Shown here: positions 49,141 through 61,975 of the stretch, one piece after another
How the letters are laid out: every line of letters starts with the position of its first letter
Numbering within the stretch: the stretch's first letter is position 1
Assembly: GCA_030324005.1 (NCBI GenBank)
Contig: JARDVH010000025.1
Coordinates: 84,606,364-84,670,363 of the forward strand
Source of the DNA: Negaprion brevirostris
Taxonomy: Eukaryota
DNA: 64,000 nt
Direction of reading: 5' to 3'
Translations under genes and position numbers: made by a program
The notes under the pieces: generated by a model
Database searches by the model: none
What the model was told of the DNA's origin: nothing
What the model saw: the letters and a program-made list of their open reading frames with translations, nothing else

Positions 49141-50834
49141 TAAGAACAGTAAAGGGCACAACTGATATACCCTGTAATTTTTTTTTGCAGTACACGAGTG
49201 ATTCATTTTAGTGCATGGGTCCTTTTTATCGATGCAGCTACGCATGTGTGGTTTCTTGAAGTGGCTGATTTGTGCAGGGCCTAGGCAGGAACTTTTGGAT
49301 GGCCGTGCAACTTAGAGGATAAATTGTATTCAGGGAATGGAGTTTTTACAATAAGTGCAGAATTATTTTCCAATTATTTTTAGTGTATAAGTGCTTTGAG
49401 AAAGGGTGCACCTCTGGATCTAGCAATAGAAATTGAAGAAGAACAGATCAGCGAGTAATTGAAAGAGAACATACAAGCTATAATGATCACAATGCACAAG
49501 GTGAAAGGTCACGATTGAGAAGAACCAAGCTAAGACAAAGACCAAAGTGATAAGTACAGGTTTAAACAAAAACTGATATCAAGTGGAGCTAGGGGAAATA
49601 AGCTGGGAAAAATATACTGACAAAGTAGAGTATTCCAAAACATTTAAAACCATGATCTACTGTCAAAGATTTATATCTGATCAAAAAATGAAGGACAAAC
49701 TAGCCTATAATGACACATGGTAGACGAATGAAGAAAGTGTGCCAGAATTAAAGAGAAAACTATTGTACACCCGAAGCGTATGTGACAAAGGAGAGGATGG
49801 CAAAAGCAATGAGAGTCAGTGTCTGGTGGTGTGCGTTATGGTAAAGGTCAAAGTTTGTGTGCATGAGTAGTGGATGACAAGGTTACATGTTTGACTGACA
49901 CAAAGTGCTGGTGACATGCAGCAGTGGATAACAGAGTCAAGAATGAGGCAAAAAATGAAGGAAACTTGGGAACACAGGTTCAGGATAGATAATGAAAGTA
50001 ATTGAAATTGTAAGACCTACAGTTAGGAGAGTACAGGCCCAGGGAAGAAAAAGGAATGTAGAGGCTGGACAGTGCAGGGATGATTGGACCAGAAAAATAG
50101 ATATAGTATCAGAATGGAGAAAATAAAAAAGAAATGCAACTCTCGAGAGAGTGAGTGAGAGCAGAGCTACAACTGATAATCTACTGATTCATAGGCGTGA
50201 ATATTGTGCAATCTGTAATTCTTGGTCCTGAAATTATCAAGTTCTCACATTGAAATGCCTGTCTAAAATTGTGTTGGATAATTATTAAAAATGGCTCAAT
50301 AAATTAGAGAAAGAAATGAAGACTAAAGATTAGTGATTGACCAGGACTATTCGGGAATGGAGGAAGTGCTGCAGCATAATGTATTAAATAATTTCCCTTG
50401 TTGTCACTGAATGACTAAGGTACAATGTGTTAATAAGATGTACACAAAAATCATTGTCAATATAAAAAGGTTAGGAAAGTAATCTTAATGTGCAAAAAAA
50501 CCACTGCAATTTTAAATTATCAAACAATTGAAATAGTAACATATTCTGTAGACATATAAGTAACAAAACAGAAATCAAGATAGGGATAAGACTGAAAGGA
50601 TACATGTAAGAAACTCATCAAATAATAGTAAAATAGCAGATGTATTAAATAATTACTTCGCTGCAATATTTATCAGGGAACTCAAATGTTGAGAATTACA
50701 TTAGAAGAGATCAGTAAAGTTTGAAGGAGATTTTAAAAAAGAAGATAGATGTTTCTCCGTTACACATTTGCCGGAGTGGAATACTCTGGCACTGTTTAAC
50801 CATGGTCTATCAGTATATGATGGAAATTATTAGG

Positions 50835-51135
50835 AGCGACACAGTGGTTAGCACTGCTGCCTCACAGTACCAGGAACCCTGATTCCTGGCTTGGGTCACT
50901 GTCTGTATGGAGTTTGCACATTCTCCCTGTGTTTTGCGTGGGTTTCCTCCGGGTGCTCCGATTTCCTCCCATCACCCATAGATGTGCAGGTTAGGTGGAT
51001 TGGCCGTGTTAAATTGCCCCTTAGTGTCAGCAGGTTAAGTGTGTGAGGTTATGGGTATTGAGCCTTGGTGGGATTATGGTTGGTACAGATTTGATGGACT
51101 GAATGGCTTTCTTCTGCACTGTAGGATTCTGTGAT
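50835..51135 (+). mobile_element. Full-length HE1-like SINE (tail A)
   Basis: Aligns end to end with 19368-19672. Confidence 0.9.
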
Positions 51136-51343
51136 GCTAATCAAGAAATAATTCCTTCCTCAGTTTAAATATGAAGGCTATTAAATAATGTGCTTTTGGA
51201 TTTATTATGAGACAAGATTATAATTTTCTCTGTTTTGGTCTCATTTCCAGCTATTATGATTTGTACTCTGGTATGAAACTGATTGAGCCTTTTCCTGTGA
51301 ACATTTATTTTCACAGCATACAAATATGCATGCTTTTTTTCAG

Positions 51344-51407
51344 GATGGATATGATGCCATTAATCCTGACTGGACGAAATCAGTGGAGAAAAGGAAGAAA
51401 ATAAAAG
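51344..51407 (+). CDS. NBAS: NBAS coding exon 13 (64 nt)
   Basis: DGYDAINPDWTKSVEKRKKIK. Confidence 0.95.
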
Positions 51408-51674
51408 GTATGAAATGTTATGAATACTGGAGTAGGTTTCCTCTGATTTTTCAGGATTTTTCTTTGTTTTCAAAAATCCGATTCTGGGAAATAGCTTTTA
51501 AATCGTTTGCTGTTTAAAATTATACTGTGAACATTCTACGTTCAAACAACAAACTTCATTGAAATTCTTTGTTTAATTAGTTTGATCAGTTTAATCAATT
51601 TGAAAGAGATTAGACAGCAAGATGAAAGAGACTTTATAAAAGAGTGCAGTAGAGTCCAAATATTAAGAAAACAA

Positions 51675-51745
51675 GGCAATTCAGATGTTGGAAATCTGAA
51701 ATAAGAAGAAAATGCTGAAAACATCTGCAGGTCAGGCAGCATCTC
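51675..51745 (-). mobile_element. Penelope-type family B fragment
   Basis: GGAAATCTGAAATAA..ATGCTG..CAGGTCAGGCAGCATCT. Confidence 0.6.
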
Positions 51746-51899
51746 TTGATGGATGCTGTCTTTGATGCAGTTTTACTGCTAAGCATTTTCAATATTTCCA
51801 TAGATATTTAAAATATGCTTTACCTTGTCTGACTGGGTTACATTGTTTCTTTGTTGAATAATCTTGGAATATCATTTCATATAATGTCTTGTCCTTTAG

Positions 51900-52093
51900 A
51901 CAGATCGTCATTTTATCCCCTCTGTGATGTAAACTGGTGGGCTGACAATGCACTAATTCTGGCTCGCTGTTCTGGTGCTTTAACTGTATCATCTGTGAAG
52001 ACATTGAAAAACCTACTCGGACAATCTTGTGAATGGTTTGAGCCTTCTCCTCAAGTCAGCACTGCCCACGATGGCAGCTTTATGAGTTTGGAG
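51900..52093 (+). CDS. NBAS: NBAS coding exon 14 (194 nt)
   Basis: DRSSFYPLCDVNWWADNALILARCSGALTVSSVKTLKNLLGQSCEWFEPSPQVSTAHDGSFMSLE. Confidence 0.97.
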
Positions 52094-52889
52094 GTACTGA
52101 AAGTGAAGTTTGTGCTTGATTAAATGCCCATTCTCACTGTAGATTTACAATTAATAATTTGTATGTTTTGCTGTTTTGATTTTCAAAACTTTGATCACAT
52201 TCTTCAATGTTTTTGTGGCTTTGTATCTTTGCAACATACCTAATTTTCCCTCTCCGTCTTACTCAAGGCATAAGCATAGTGCAACAAAATAATTACAATT
52301 AGCGCACCTTGATGTGAAAATAATAGCATACTCTCAGTGATTCTTTCTTCCTTTCTCCAACTTCCATTTTCACAGAGTGGAAAGGATCATTTAAAAATAA
52401 TCATTTCAGTATGTGGGTGTTGCTGGCTAGGCCAGTATTTATTGCTCATCGTTAATTGCCCTTGAGAAGGTGATGGTAAGCTGCCTTCTTGAATTTCAAG
52501 AAGACTAAAACTGTTGAAGATGGACAAAGGTTCATTGATCCTGTTCATCTAACACATTGAGGTGGCTGAGCATCTAATTATATCTTGAATTATCCACTTT
52601 CTCCCAGTGCTGCAAATCCCTCAGTGTTGGTTCAGTTCCCATCATCGCATGCCTTTTGTTGATCATTCTTCTTTTCTATAAATAGTACTTTTGCATTTGA
52701 TGGCATTAAAATCCTGCGTTTTCTAACCTTGTTGACCTATACTGATTTGCTGTCACCAATACCTTAAATGATCCTCATTTACAAATCCTTTCACAACTTA
52801 ACACTATCGCACCTTATTGATGATTCAGGTCATGTATGCTCTTTGGTCTTCTGCATCTGACCTCATCAGTAATGATATCCCACTATTAC

Positions 52890-53440
52890 TGATGTCTTGG
52901 CTATTTTCTCTGGATCCCTTTCATTATGTCACTGGTGAGGGATGGAGAGAATTGGTAAATGAGATTTCATTGGCAAGATTCTTGTTTTCTGAGCCTTGTG
53001 ATATTTTGCATTGGCCTATAGCTTCCTGCTTTCTGTCACCCTCCTTTCTTGTATGATGGTGTTACATTTATAGTTTTCCAATCTGCTGGGACTTTCCAGA
53101 TTTGAGGGAATTTTGGAATATTGCAACCAATGCATCCACTATCACTGCAGCCACTTCCTTTAAGACCCCAAGATGTAGACATCAGGACCATTCATCTTGT
53201 TGGTTTTTTTTCCAGTCCCTTTTCTTTAATGATTCTAATTGTTTTAAGTTTCCCCTCCCTTATCTCATTGTTTTGTTATCATTCTTTGTGTATTCTACCA
53301 TGAATACAGATGCAACATACAAGTTCAAAGTCTCTGCCATTTCCCAATATTAATTTCCCAATCTAACCCTCCATGAGACACATGCTCAATTTTGCTGCTC
53401 TTTTTTATACAAGTATAAGAGCTTTTGTTAACTTGGTATC
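52890..53440 (-). mobile_element. Decayed CR1 ORF2 fragment
   Basis: Reverse complement resembles the CR1 segment around the LKEVA..I...L..IFQ.S region. Confidence 0.6.
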
Positions 53441-54334
53441 CACTCCTTTCTCCCAGTAAGGTGAAGCCTTTGGATGTTATTCTGCTCTAAGGTAGTATTG
53501 AAATGCAAGTTGTTGTTATGACATTCAACTTTTTTATTATAAGATGTGGAAAAAATATCAACTACTCAACAAATGCTAACAGTTTTGAGTACAGTGTAAA
53601 ATTATATGAATTGAATGGGTCAAATTTTCCGACATGGACCCCATACAGACCATTGATATTTATGAAGGATCATAATCTTGTTTCTGAAACTGCTCTGCAG
53701 TGACATTCCCTTTTTGCTTGTTTGAAATCTTCTTTTGCTGCAATGATGATGGAGACAGTAACACTCATAACTAACCAAATCAAAATTAAGAATGAAATAA
53801 AACAATCCCTTACAACTCAATTAACATTATTCTCAAATTCCTCTTGATTACCTTGGAAATAAAGAGTTTGTTGTTGGTTAATCTGATTGAAATTGAATCT
53901 GATTGAAGAGTCAATGTTATGGTTCTTGCTTCTGGCAACAATATTTCTTCTGTGAGTAATGCACATCTAGATAAAGTCAATAATTCAAGATGCTTCAATT
54001 ATTTTGCAATAAACTGGTTTTTAAATCGATATCGAGACTATAGGGTTTCATTTGACACTTAAGAACAAGTCAATTCTCATACTTTAAGACAATCCATCAC
54101 CAAATAAAGAAGTAGATCGTATGACGCTCAGAACACAGTATCATTTGACACCGTAACTAAATTAATGCGAAGTTTAATTGAGCGCAATGTGGTATCACAG
54201 TTCAGGCTAGCAACTTGTTATGACAAATCTTGTTTCTTTGTAATTGAATATTTTGCCCAAAATTGCAAAACTTAAAGCAAATTTAGTGTACACTTATACT
54301 TAAGTGCTGGGACTGTCTTCTTTACTACAACATA

Positions 54335-54505
54335 TCCAAAGATGTGCATATTAGGTGCATTGGTCATGCTAAGTTGCCCCTTAGTGTCCAGGATGCATAG
54401 GTTAGGGGGATTAGCGGGGTAAAATATGTGAGGTTAGGGCCTGGTTGGGATTGTTGTTGGTGCAGACTTGATGGGCCATATGGCCTCCACTGCAGGGTTT
54501 CTATG
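54335..54505 (+). mobile_element. HE1-like SINE 3' half
   Basis: TCCAAAGATGTGCA..TTGCCCCTTAGTGTCC.. tail A. Confidence 0.8.
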
Positions 54506-55264
54506 GCTCAATGGAATCAGATGTAGTTGTAGTGCAGTATGTGACTAATGCTGATGCAAGGCAGTACCACTTACTAATCACTCTGCTCAAATCTAAGGTA
54601 TTGTTTCTCACGAGAGACACAAATCGGCAATCAATATTTTCAATGACAGCAGATTTTTTAAAGCAAGTTTCTGTTGAATTATTTTCACCAGTCCAAAAAT
54701 CATATTTAATTTCAGCATAGATATCTAGGGGGTGGCTAGACCACTGCTTTCCTGCCTAGCCCTGAACTGTTACCCCAAAATGTGATTGCAGGAAAGGCAT
54801 CTGCCAATCTGCAAGTCCTTAGGTCTATTGAGGTCCTTAACTAGCCAGTTAAAGGCTTCTTAAGGGCCCAAATGTGCCTCCATGCCACAATACAATGGGT
54901 GGTGGAAGGTGAATGAGAGTGAGCAGGCTGCTTTGTCACCAACACATGATGACAAGGAAAGGGAGGGATCACGTCTGGGAGGTGACCTGAGTGCATCACC
55001 ACCCTTGCTCCTGGAAAAATGTTATCCTTCCACCCTACCCCCCGGCCTCCAAAACCCATTTCACCCCCTTCTCTCCTCTTTAGGGTCCTCAATCCCGTTC
55101 CCTGACTAAAAGGCCCAATCTTAACTGAGTTTGGCAACCATGCTGTCTTCTTCCCTGACCCAGGAATTACTTGTGATCCCAACGGAAGTCACTGACTAAG
55201 TTCTGGCACTGCTGGAATGGCTCAGCTGTTGGCAATCTGATTGGCCAGCAGCTAATGATAGCAG

Positions 55265-55530
55265 GATCATAGACCCCTACAGCTCAGAAGGAGGCCATTC
55301 AGCCCATTCAGTCTGCACCAACAAGAATCCCACTTAGGCCCTATCCCTGTAACCCTACATATTTACCCCACTAATCCCTCTATCCTACCCCCGGACACTA
55401 AGGACAATTTAGCATGGCCAATGCACCTAACCCACACATCTTTGGACCATGGAAGGACATTGACTCAAGCTGGGAATCGAACCCAGGTCCCTGGAGCTGT
55501 GAGGCAGCAGTGCTAACCACTGTGCCACCG
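55265..55530 (-). mobile_element. HE1-like SINE with internal deletion
   Basis: Reverse complement of head (CGGTGGCACAGTGGTTAGCACTGCTGCCTCACAG, B-box GGTTCGATTCC) and tail A. Confidence 0.88.
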
Positions 55531-56052
55531 GATATCCTGTTCCTGAGGTGAAAGCCCCACTCTCCAATTGTCAAGGCTGCTCCTAGTGTATTGTTGCTCC
55601 AGATCAGCCTTTCTCAAAGATGGTTGGCTCATGACTGACTTTTANNNNNNNNNNNNNNNNNNNNNNNNNNNNNNNNNNNNNNNNNNNNNNNNNNNNNNNN
55701 NNNNNNNNNNNNNNNNNNNNNNNNNNNNNNNNNNNNNNNNNNNNTCATCTTTGAGTAGACTTCACTAGGAACTAGAAACTTAAATCTGCAGGAGGAGGTT
55801 TGGCGCACACAGCTCTGGCTTTAATTAATTATAATTCATAATGCCATCGATTTCTTTAATCTCTGAGATAGGTTAGCAAAACTTGGTGCTCTTTAGCAAA
55901 ATGTGCAGTTCAACATCGTTGTCATACCTCAAACCTTCTTCCAAACTTGAACTCAAATGATCAATAAATAATGCCAGTTTAGCAAATTGCCTTCATAAAG
56001 GTGATTATCTGAACCCATAAAAGTAACGTTGCATTTTTCTTTCTTTTCTCAG

Positions 56053-56310
56053 TGCGAAGTAAAGGTAGCTTACAAGAGACATCGTTTGGAAACTAATTCA
56101 TTGGATGACGATGAAGGTGAGGAGGATTCTGACTCAGATGACGAATCTTCTGCCAAAGCACGATATTTTGGTTATGTGAAGCAGGGTTTGTATTACTTGA
56201 CCGAAATGGAGCGTTTTGCTCCTCCTCGAAAACGACCACGAACGATTACTAAGACCTACAGACTTGTAAGTTTGAGATCTACAACTCCAGAGGAACTCTA
56301 TCAAAGAAAG
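56053..56310 (+). CDS. NBAS: NBAS coding exon 15 (258 nt)
   Basis: CEVKVAYKRHRLETNSLDDDEGEEDSDSDDESSAKARYFGYVKQGLYYLTEMERFAPPRKRPRTITKTYRLVSLRSTTPEELYQRK. Confidence 0.97.
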
Positions 56311-56360
56311 GTCAGTGTATGTTTGGACGTCGGTTACTTTTCTTGAGTTTTCGTTTTTGA

Positions 56361-56735
56361 GTATTGCTGAGAAACAATACCTGTCAAAGCATTTTGAATT
56401 GCACTGATCAAGATGCTTCTTGATCTTGATACTGAGGGGAAACAGCAACAATTTCTATGACATGAAAAGAGAATACTGATTGGTTGGTAAGTGGACTCTG
56501 ATACAATGATACAAATGTTGCCCTAGAGAATGCATTAGTTTGTTAATTATTATTAACTGATGAATTCCCCATGGCAATGGCTCTACCAATCAGAGTTTAC
56601 TTGCCAACACATCAACATTTTCTTCTCATACAGTAGAATTCATTGTTTTCCTGTTATACTGGTATTCTGGTATGGCATTTTGATGAATGCAAGGCAAAAA
56701 GCTTTCATATGTCTCTTTTTTTCAGTGATAATTTG
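56361..56735. repeat. About 370-bp imperfect palindrome of two head-to-head Penelope-type terminal repeats (family C)
   Basis: Left arm ends TTGCCCTAGAGAATGCATTAGTT; right arm starts AACTGATGAATTCCCCATGGCAA; centre at 56541-56554. Confidence 0.75.
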
Positions 56736-56993
56736 GTAGTTGTAGTGAATGTAGGAGTTGAAAGAATCTGTTGTCAGTGTAGTCAGTTTGCTGAAAAGAT
56801 CAATTTGATATGTAAATTCCTTGACTTCAGATAGCAATATGTTTAACTTCCTCTCAGATCTTATCTTAGACTATGAATTAATGTATTAATTGTACATGCA
56901 CTTTAGTAATTTGTTTGTCATTCATTGGTTCCTTTCTAAATTCCTATGTCCACATTTAGAATGGGAGATACTTAAGTAAACTTGTACACAGTA

Positions 56994-57502
56994 CAGTACG
57001 TCCCTGTTACAATGCGATGGTTGGGGTCCATAAAATGTTATTGTGAAAAAAGCGGGGTCGCGCTAAACCAGGGTGCTACGGTTATGTTACGGATGATCTC
57101 GGCGCCCATCAGCGCTCTGTTTGTTTATACAATCACTTCATGTTTCATTAACTTTTACAAACCTTTTGATTGGCAGGTCCAGGCTGGTTTAAAACAGGCA
57201 GTGGGGATGTTTATTTACACAAACACTTTCATGGTCCATTAACTGTGAAGTACTTCCTCTTTTGATCAGCTGTCTAATGTAGTTTTTTTCTAAGTGAGAA
57301 CCCCTTTTATCTGAACTGGGCGAGGGGGGAAGCAAGTGTTTTCTGTCCACAATTTCTTTCTAAGGCAGATTATTTTCACTTTAGATTGCAGTAACCAAAA
57401 ACTTTTCAGTTCCCTGGAAAGAGCAAAAAAAAAGTCCAATGATTCATCGTGTTATATCCAAATTCACACTAAATCGGGGCACGTGAAATCGGGTTTTCAC
57501 TG
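56994..57502. mobile_element. Non-autonomous Tc1/mariner (pogo/Tigger-type) element
   Basis: TA|CAGT ... ACTG|TA termini with imperfect subterminal inverted similarity. Confidence 0.65.
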
Positions 57503-58559
57503 TAATTAGTTCTTCCAACAATGGAAGTGCTACGACATTTGACTTTTAAGTCTCTCAATTCCTGTCTGCTGGGAAAATCTTCCAATTTAATCTATTCTAT
57601 TTCTCTGATTCCCATGTTATCATAAATTTCACTATTTAACTTAAATAATATCAATTCAAAATGTGATATGAAAATAATGACACAATCTGGCTTAACATTT
57701 GGGATTCTTATTATAACATATTTATCACTTGTCTTTTAATCCTGACTTCCTGTGTGCCACAGAGAATTAAAGTAAATAGAAGAATATGATATAAAGCAAA
57801 CAACAAATTTACAGTGATCTGCAGAGCACTGCTGCTTACAATATGCAGAATAACAGTTTTTTTTGCAGAACTCTCAAAGGTTCACGTATTATCCTTTAGC
57901 TTACGTCAAGTTTGTATCTTTGATTGCTTCAAGTTTACAGAAATGTTGCATAACAGAATAAATAATATCTCAGTGAAATCTGCCTAATATAATTGTCTTC
58001 ATGAGACCTTGCTAGAAGTGTGTGCGCCTAATTAGAAATTTTGTGCAGACTATCGCCTACCACCTTTTTGCCGGAACAACCCAGTTATTAGCCAAACTCC
58101 TTTTGAATTCAAGAATAAAATAAACATGGCTTCTGCTTAAGATATTAAAATTTTCACGTATTCGTTATAGCAAACATCTTATGTTTTTGGAGCTTTTGTG
58201 TAGCAAACAGGTAGGGTTATTTTCTTTAAATGAGTCTGGTAGCATAATGAAAAAAACAACTGATGCACAAGACTTCAATTTTTTGCAGGTTATTACTGGA
58301 AAAGGGAGGTATCCAAGTTGCTCTATAACACTTACAGATGTCTTAAATTATGCTGGTTAGATCTGCTAAATTCAAGTATGAAGGATAGTTGCTTTTAAAC
58401 AGTATTTTTAAACAAAAGTTTTCAGAAATGCTAGATTACACATACAGATCAGCTCAGTCGGCATGTGAAAATATGAGAAAGCAAAAGTTGAGTAAATAGC
58501 TGTGAAGTGAAATGAGATATTGCAGATTTTACTCTGTCCCTTCAGTTTTCACAAGAATG

Positions 58560-59160
58560 CAAGAAATAAGAGCAAAAGTAGACTATCTGGATGGTTGAGT
58601 CTGCAACCCTATTTGATATGACCAACTCCCCATATCCCTTGATCCCCAGACAGACCGAAAATCTGTTGGACGATAGAGCATCCACAACATTTTAAGTCTG
58701 GGTGACTCTTCGTCAGAGCATCCATAACGCTGTGGGTTAGAGGACATCAAAGATTCACAGTGAAGATGCAGATATTTGAGTGAGAGACTTTCTCCTCACC
58801 CCAGTCCTCAATGATCAATCCCTTTATCCTGAAGGATAGATTCTCCAGCCAGTGGATGCAGCCTCTTGGAATCTACCCTATCAAGCCCCTTCAAAATTGT
58901 TTTTGTTTCAATGAGATTGTCTCTCATTTTTTTTAAACTCCGAAGAATATAGGCTCAACTTACTCTGCTTCTCATCACAAGTATCAATCTAATAAACTGT
59001 TGTATTTCGCCTTCCATGCAAGTATATCTGTTCTTAAAAATGGAGACCAAAACTGAACCTGGTATTCCAGATGTGGTCTCACCAATGCCTTGTGTAATTG
59101 TAGCAAGACTTCTTTATTCTGTTCTTCACATAAAGCCTAACATGCCATTTGCCTTCACAT
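58560..59160 (-). mobile_element. CR1 3' fragment
   Basis: Homologous to 36860-37030 and 37560-37700. Confidence 0.75.
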
Positions 59161-60729
59161 CACAATCTTTCACATTGAATTTAGATAAAAATTGATGTTG
59201 GATTGCATTTTAAATTGGCAACAAACATCCTTAGATTCACTACCGATAGGAATTTCCAATCTCGTTGCAGAGCTAAATCATCATCCATTTTGCAATAATT
59301 TTCTGAGGTTTAAAATTCTGATAGCTTATTCACAAATCCATTATTGCATATATGAAATAAAGATAGCATTGTACCTGCTGTAATTCCGTTCATTTCACAT
59401 AACCACTATGTAGTAAGATTATGAATAATGATTTCTGTGGAGGAATAACATTGCCCATTTTATTTCATAAATTTCCCCATCCGTAGATTTGGAAACTTGT
59501 TGCATCTAATCAACAGCTTTTCAAATCAAAGCATTTTTCATGGCTGAAGCTTGCATTAAGAAATGTTGCTGTCCAATGAATGAAGGAATTCAAGTTATTG
59601 AGACCTATATCACTTATAAAATCATAGTACTGTAAATTATGTACATCCTTTTCTTGAAGGCCAGAGTGAATCCCAAATATATTATCTCCATTTCAGTCCT
59701 CTGAGTTGTTGCGTTGGGTGATTCTTTCAGAATCAGTTTTAATTATATTATTGGAACCCATTTATTTGCAGTCCTCCTGAGACGATTGTACACCCAGAGG
59801 CACCTGGATGGTTGTTATTTTATATGTGAAATTGACAGGTTATTGCAAAAAACCTCAGTCATTTTAATAGATGTTCACAGGGATTGAAAACCAAGCACTG
59901 TATTTAATCTGCAGCCTACTGTAAGTGAATGTTAAGAATGAAATAAATGACTCATCCAGATTATATATTTTTAAATATATAAATAAATGTTATACATATA
60001 ATTTAGTGAGGAATCTACTGGCTGCACACTTATTTGTTGCCATGCCCTCAAGGAAGTTCAAATTTGAACATCATTTATAAGTTTTTGGGTGTACAACAGT
60101 GCCCATTTAGGAATAAGTTTCTGTGTACTCTTCTGAAGTAAAGTTTAAACACTTTGCCAAGGTAATAGAGGGAAGGCTCTTTTTATCTGCCTGTCTCCTT
60201 CCTTACCTGAAGGTGCTTGCTTTTGGTACTACAGGTACAAATTGTTCTGTTTCCCTCAATATTGTTTTCCTTTACCTTGCCCATGAAGATTCGAGTTTCT
60301 TTAAAGTAACTTATATTTTTGTCAGTTCTGTCTGATTATTTTTACCCATTTCCCATAACACCAGTCTCCTTGTCTCGTATAACATGTGATCTTCCTACAA
60401 GTTTCCACTGGTTTTGTACTTCAGCTGGTTGTTAAGAATGTAAAAAGCAGTCTGGCAAGAACTCATCCTTTCCCATCCAATATATTAACATCTTTTTCCT
60501 TATTTGGTGCTTTCCCCATGATGGTGGAGTTAATCATTAGCACCAAGTAACAATTTAATATTCTGTAGTGCAGGAGACTGTCAGTAAGCTGTTGTACCAC
60601 TGTTTAGTTAAAAAGGTCATCTGAATAATTGACTTTAATTGAAGCTTTTAAACAAACATCACGATATTCCAAAAATAAGTTTAAAAAATAGCCTTTAAAA
60701 TTGTCTTAATTTTACAAAGTAGTACACTT

Positions 60730-60997
60730 CCATCTAAAAGGACAAGGGCAGCAGATACATGGGAACACCACCCCTCCAAACCACTCACCATCCTGACTTA
60801 GAAATATATCGCCATTCCTTCAGAGTCTTTGGGTCACAATCCTGGAATTCCGTCCCTAATGGCATTGTGGGTTAACACATAGCACATGGACTGCAGTGAT
60901 TCAAGAAGGCAGCTCACCACCACCTTCTCAAGGGCAACTAAGCGTAGGCAATAAACGCTGGTTAACCAGTGATATCCATGTCCCACAAATGAATAAA
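60730..60997 (+). mobile_element. CR1-group LINE 3' end
   Basis: Reverse complement of the 44335-44590 family; ends in an A-rich tail. Confidence 0.8.
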
Positions 60998-61111
60998 GCA
61001 AAAAAAGAGATTAAATAGGCAAATGTGAACGATTTATTCAACATTTTAAGTTTCTTAAATTTTATTGTATGGATATGTGTTGTAAGTATTTTCTGAAAAA
61101 ATCTTTTTCAG

Positions 61112-61237
61112 ATTGATAATGAAGAATATGGTGAAGCATTGGCTCTTGCACAAGCCTATGACCTTGATAGTGACCTTGTGTATCAAAGACAATGGAGAAA
61201 ATCATCTGTTAATATAGCTTCAATTCAGGACTACCTG
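61112..61237 (+). CDS. NBAS: NBAS coding exon 16 (126 nt)
   Basis: IDNEEYGEALALAQAYDLDSDLVYQRQWRKSSVNIASIQDYL. Confidence 0.96.
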
Positions 61238-61788
61238 GTATGTCCATGCATCGCCTGAAATGGCTCGCAATAGATTAGTGGTATTCCCAGTGCTACAAAT
61301 TGCTTTTAAATTATATCATTTTATTTATAGAATGTTAGCAATAAGGCTGGGCTATTTTGCTTAGTAAGCTTGCCCTGTTTCGCTTGATCTCAAACCTGTC
61401 TTTTCAACTTGTTTATGAGTACTCTTTTTTCCCTCCTGAAATACATCTTGGAACAAACCATTTAGGCAGATTTGGTTACAACCAGATAACTTGCTCCATG
61501 TGATAATTAGCCTTTGTATGAAAGACCTCTGCCTGATTCCCTTACTTAAATCTTTCTCGTCTTCTAATGAAGAGGAATCCATATTTAGAAACTACTACTT
61601 CAGGTACTTACCCCTCATTGTTACAAAATTGGTATAGGAATAGACATAAACCTCAAATCATTTGTCCCCTTTCTTCCATGTCTGAATGGTTTCTCCTGTG
61701 TTTATCACTGGGTGTTTTCAGATAAGTGTAGCTTCTCACTTTCTTTTTGGTGCCTTCCCCTCTTTATAGAATTAATTAATATATCTCT

Positions 61789-61937
61789 AAAGATGTGCAG
61801 GTTAGGTTGATTGGTCATGATAAATTGCCCCTTAGTGCCAAGGAGATTAGCAGATTAAATACATGGGGTTATTGGGATAGGACCTGGGTGGGATTGTTGT
61901 CAGTGCAGGCTTGATCGCACTGTAGGGATTTTATGAT
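61789..61937 (+). mobile_element. HE1-like SINE 3' half, ending about 40 nt before NBAS exon 17
   Basis: AAAGATGTGCAGGTTAGG..CACTGTAGGGATTTTATG. Confidence 0.8.
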
Positions 61938-61975
61938 CTGATATTAACCAAAGTTATTTTCACTTGTCTTTCCAG

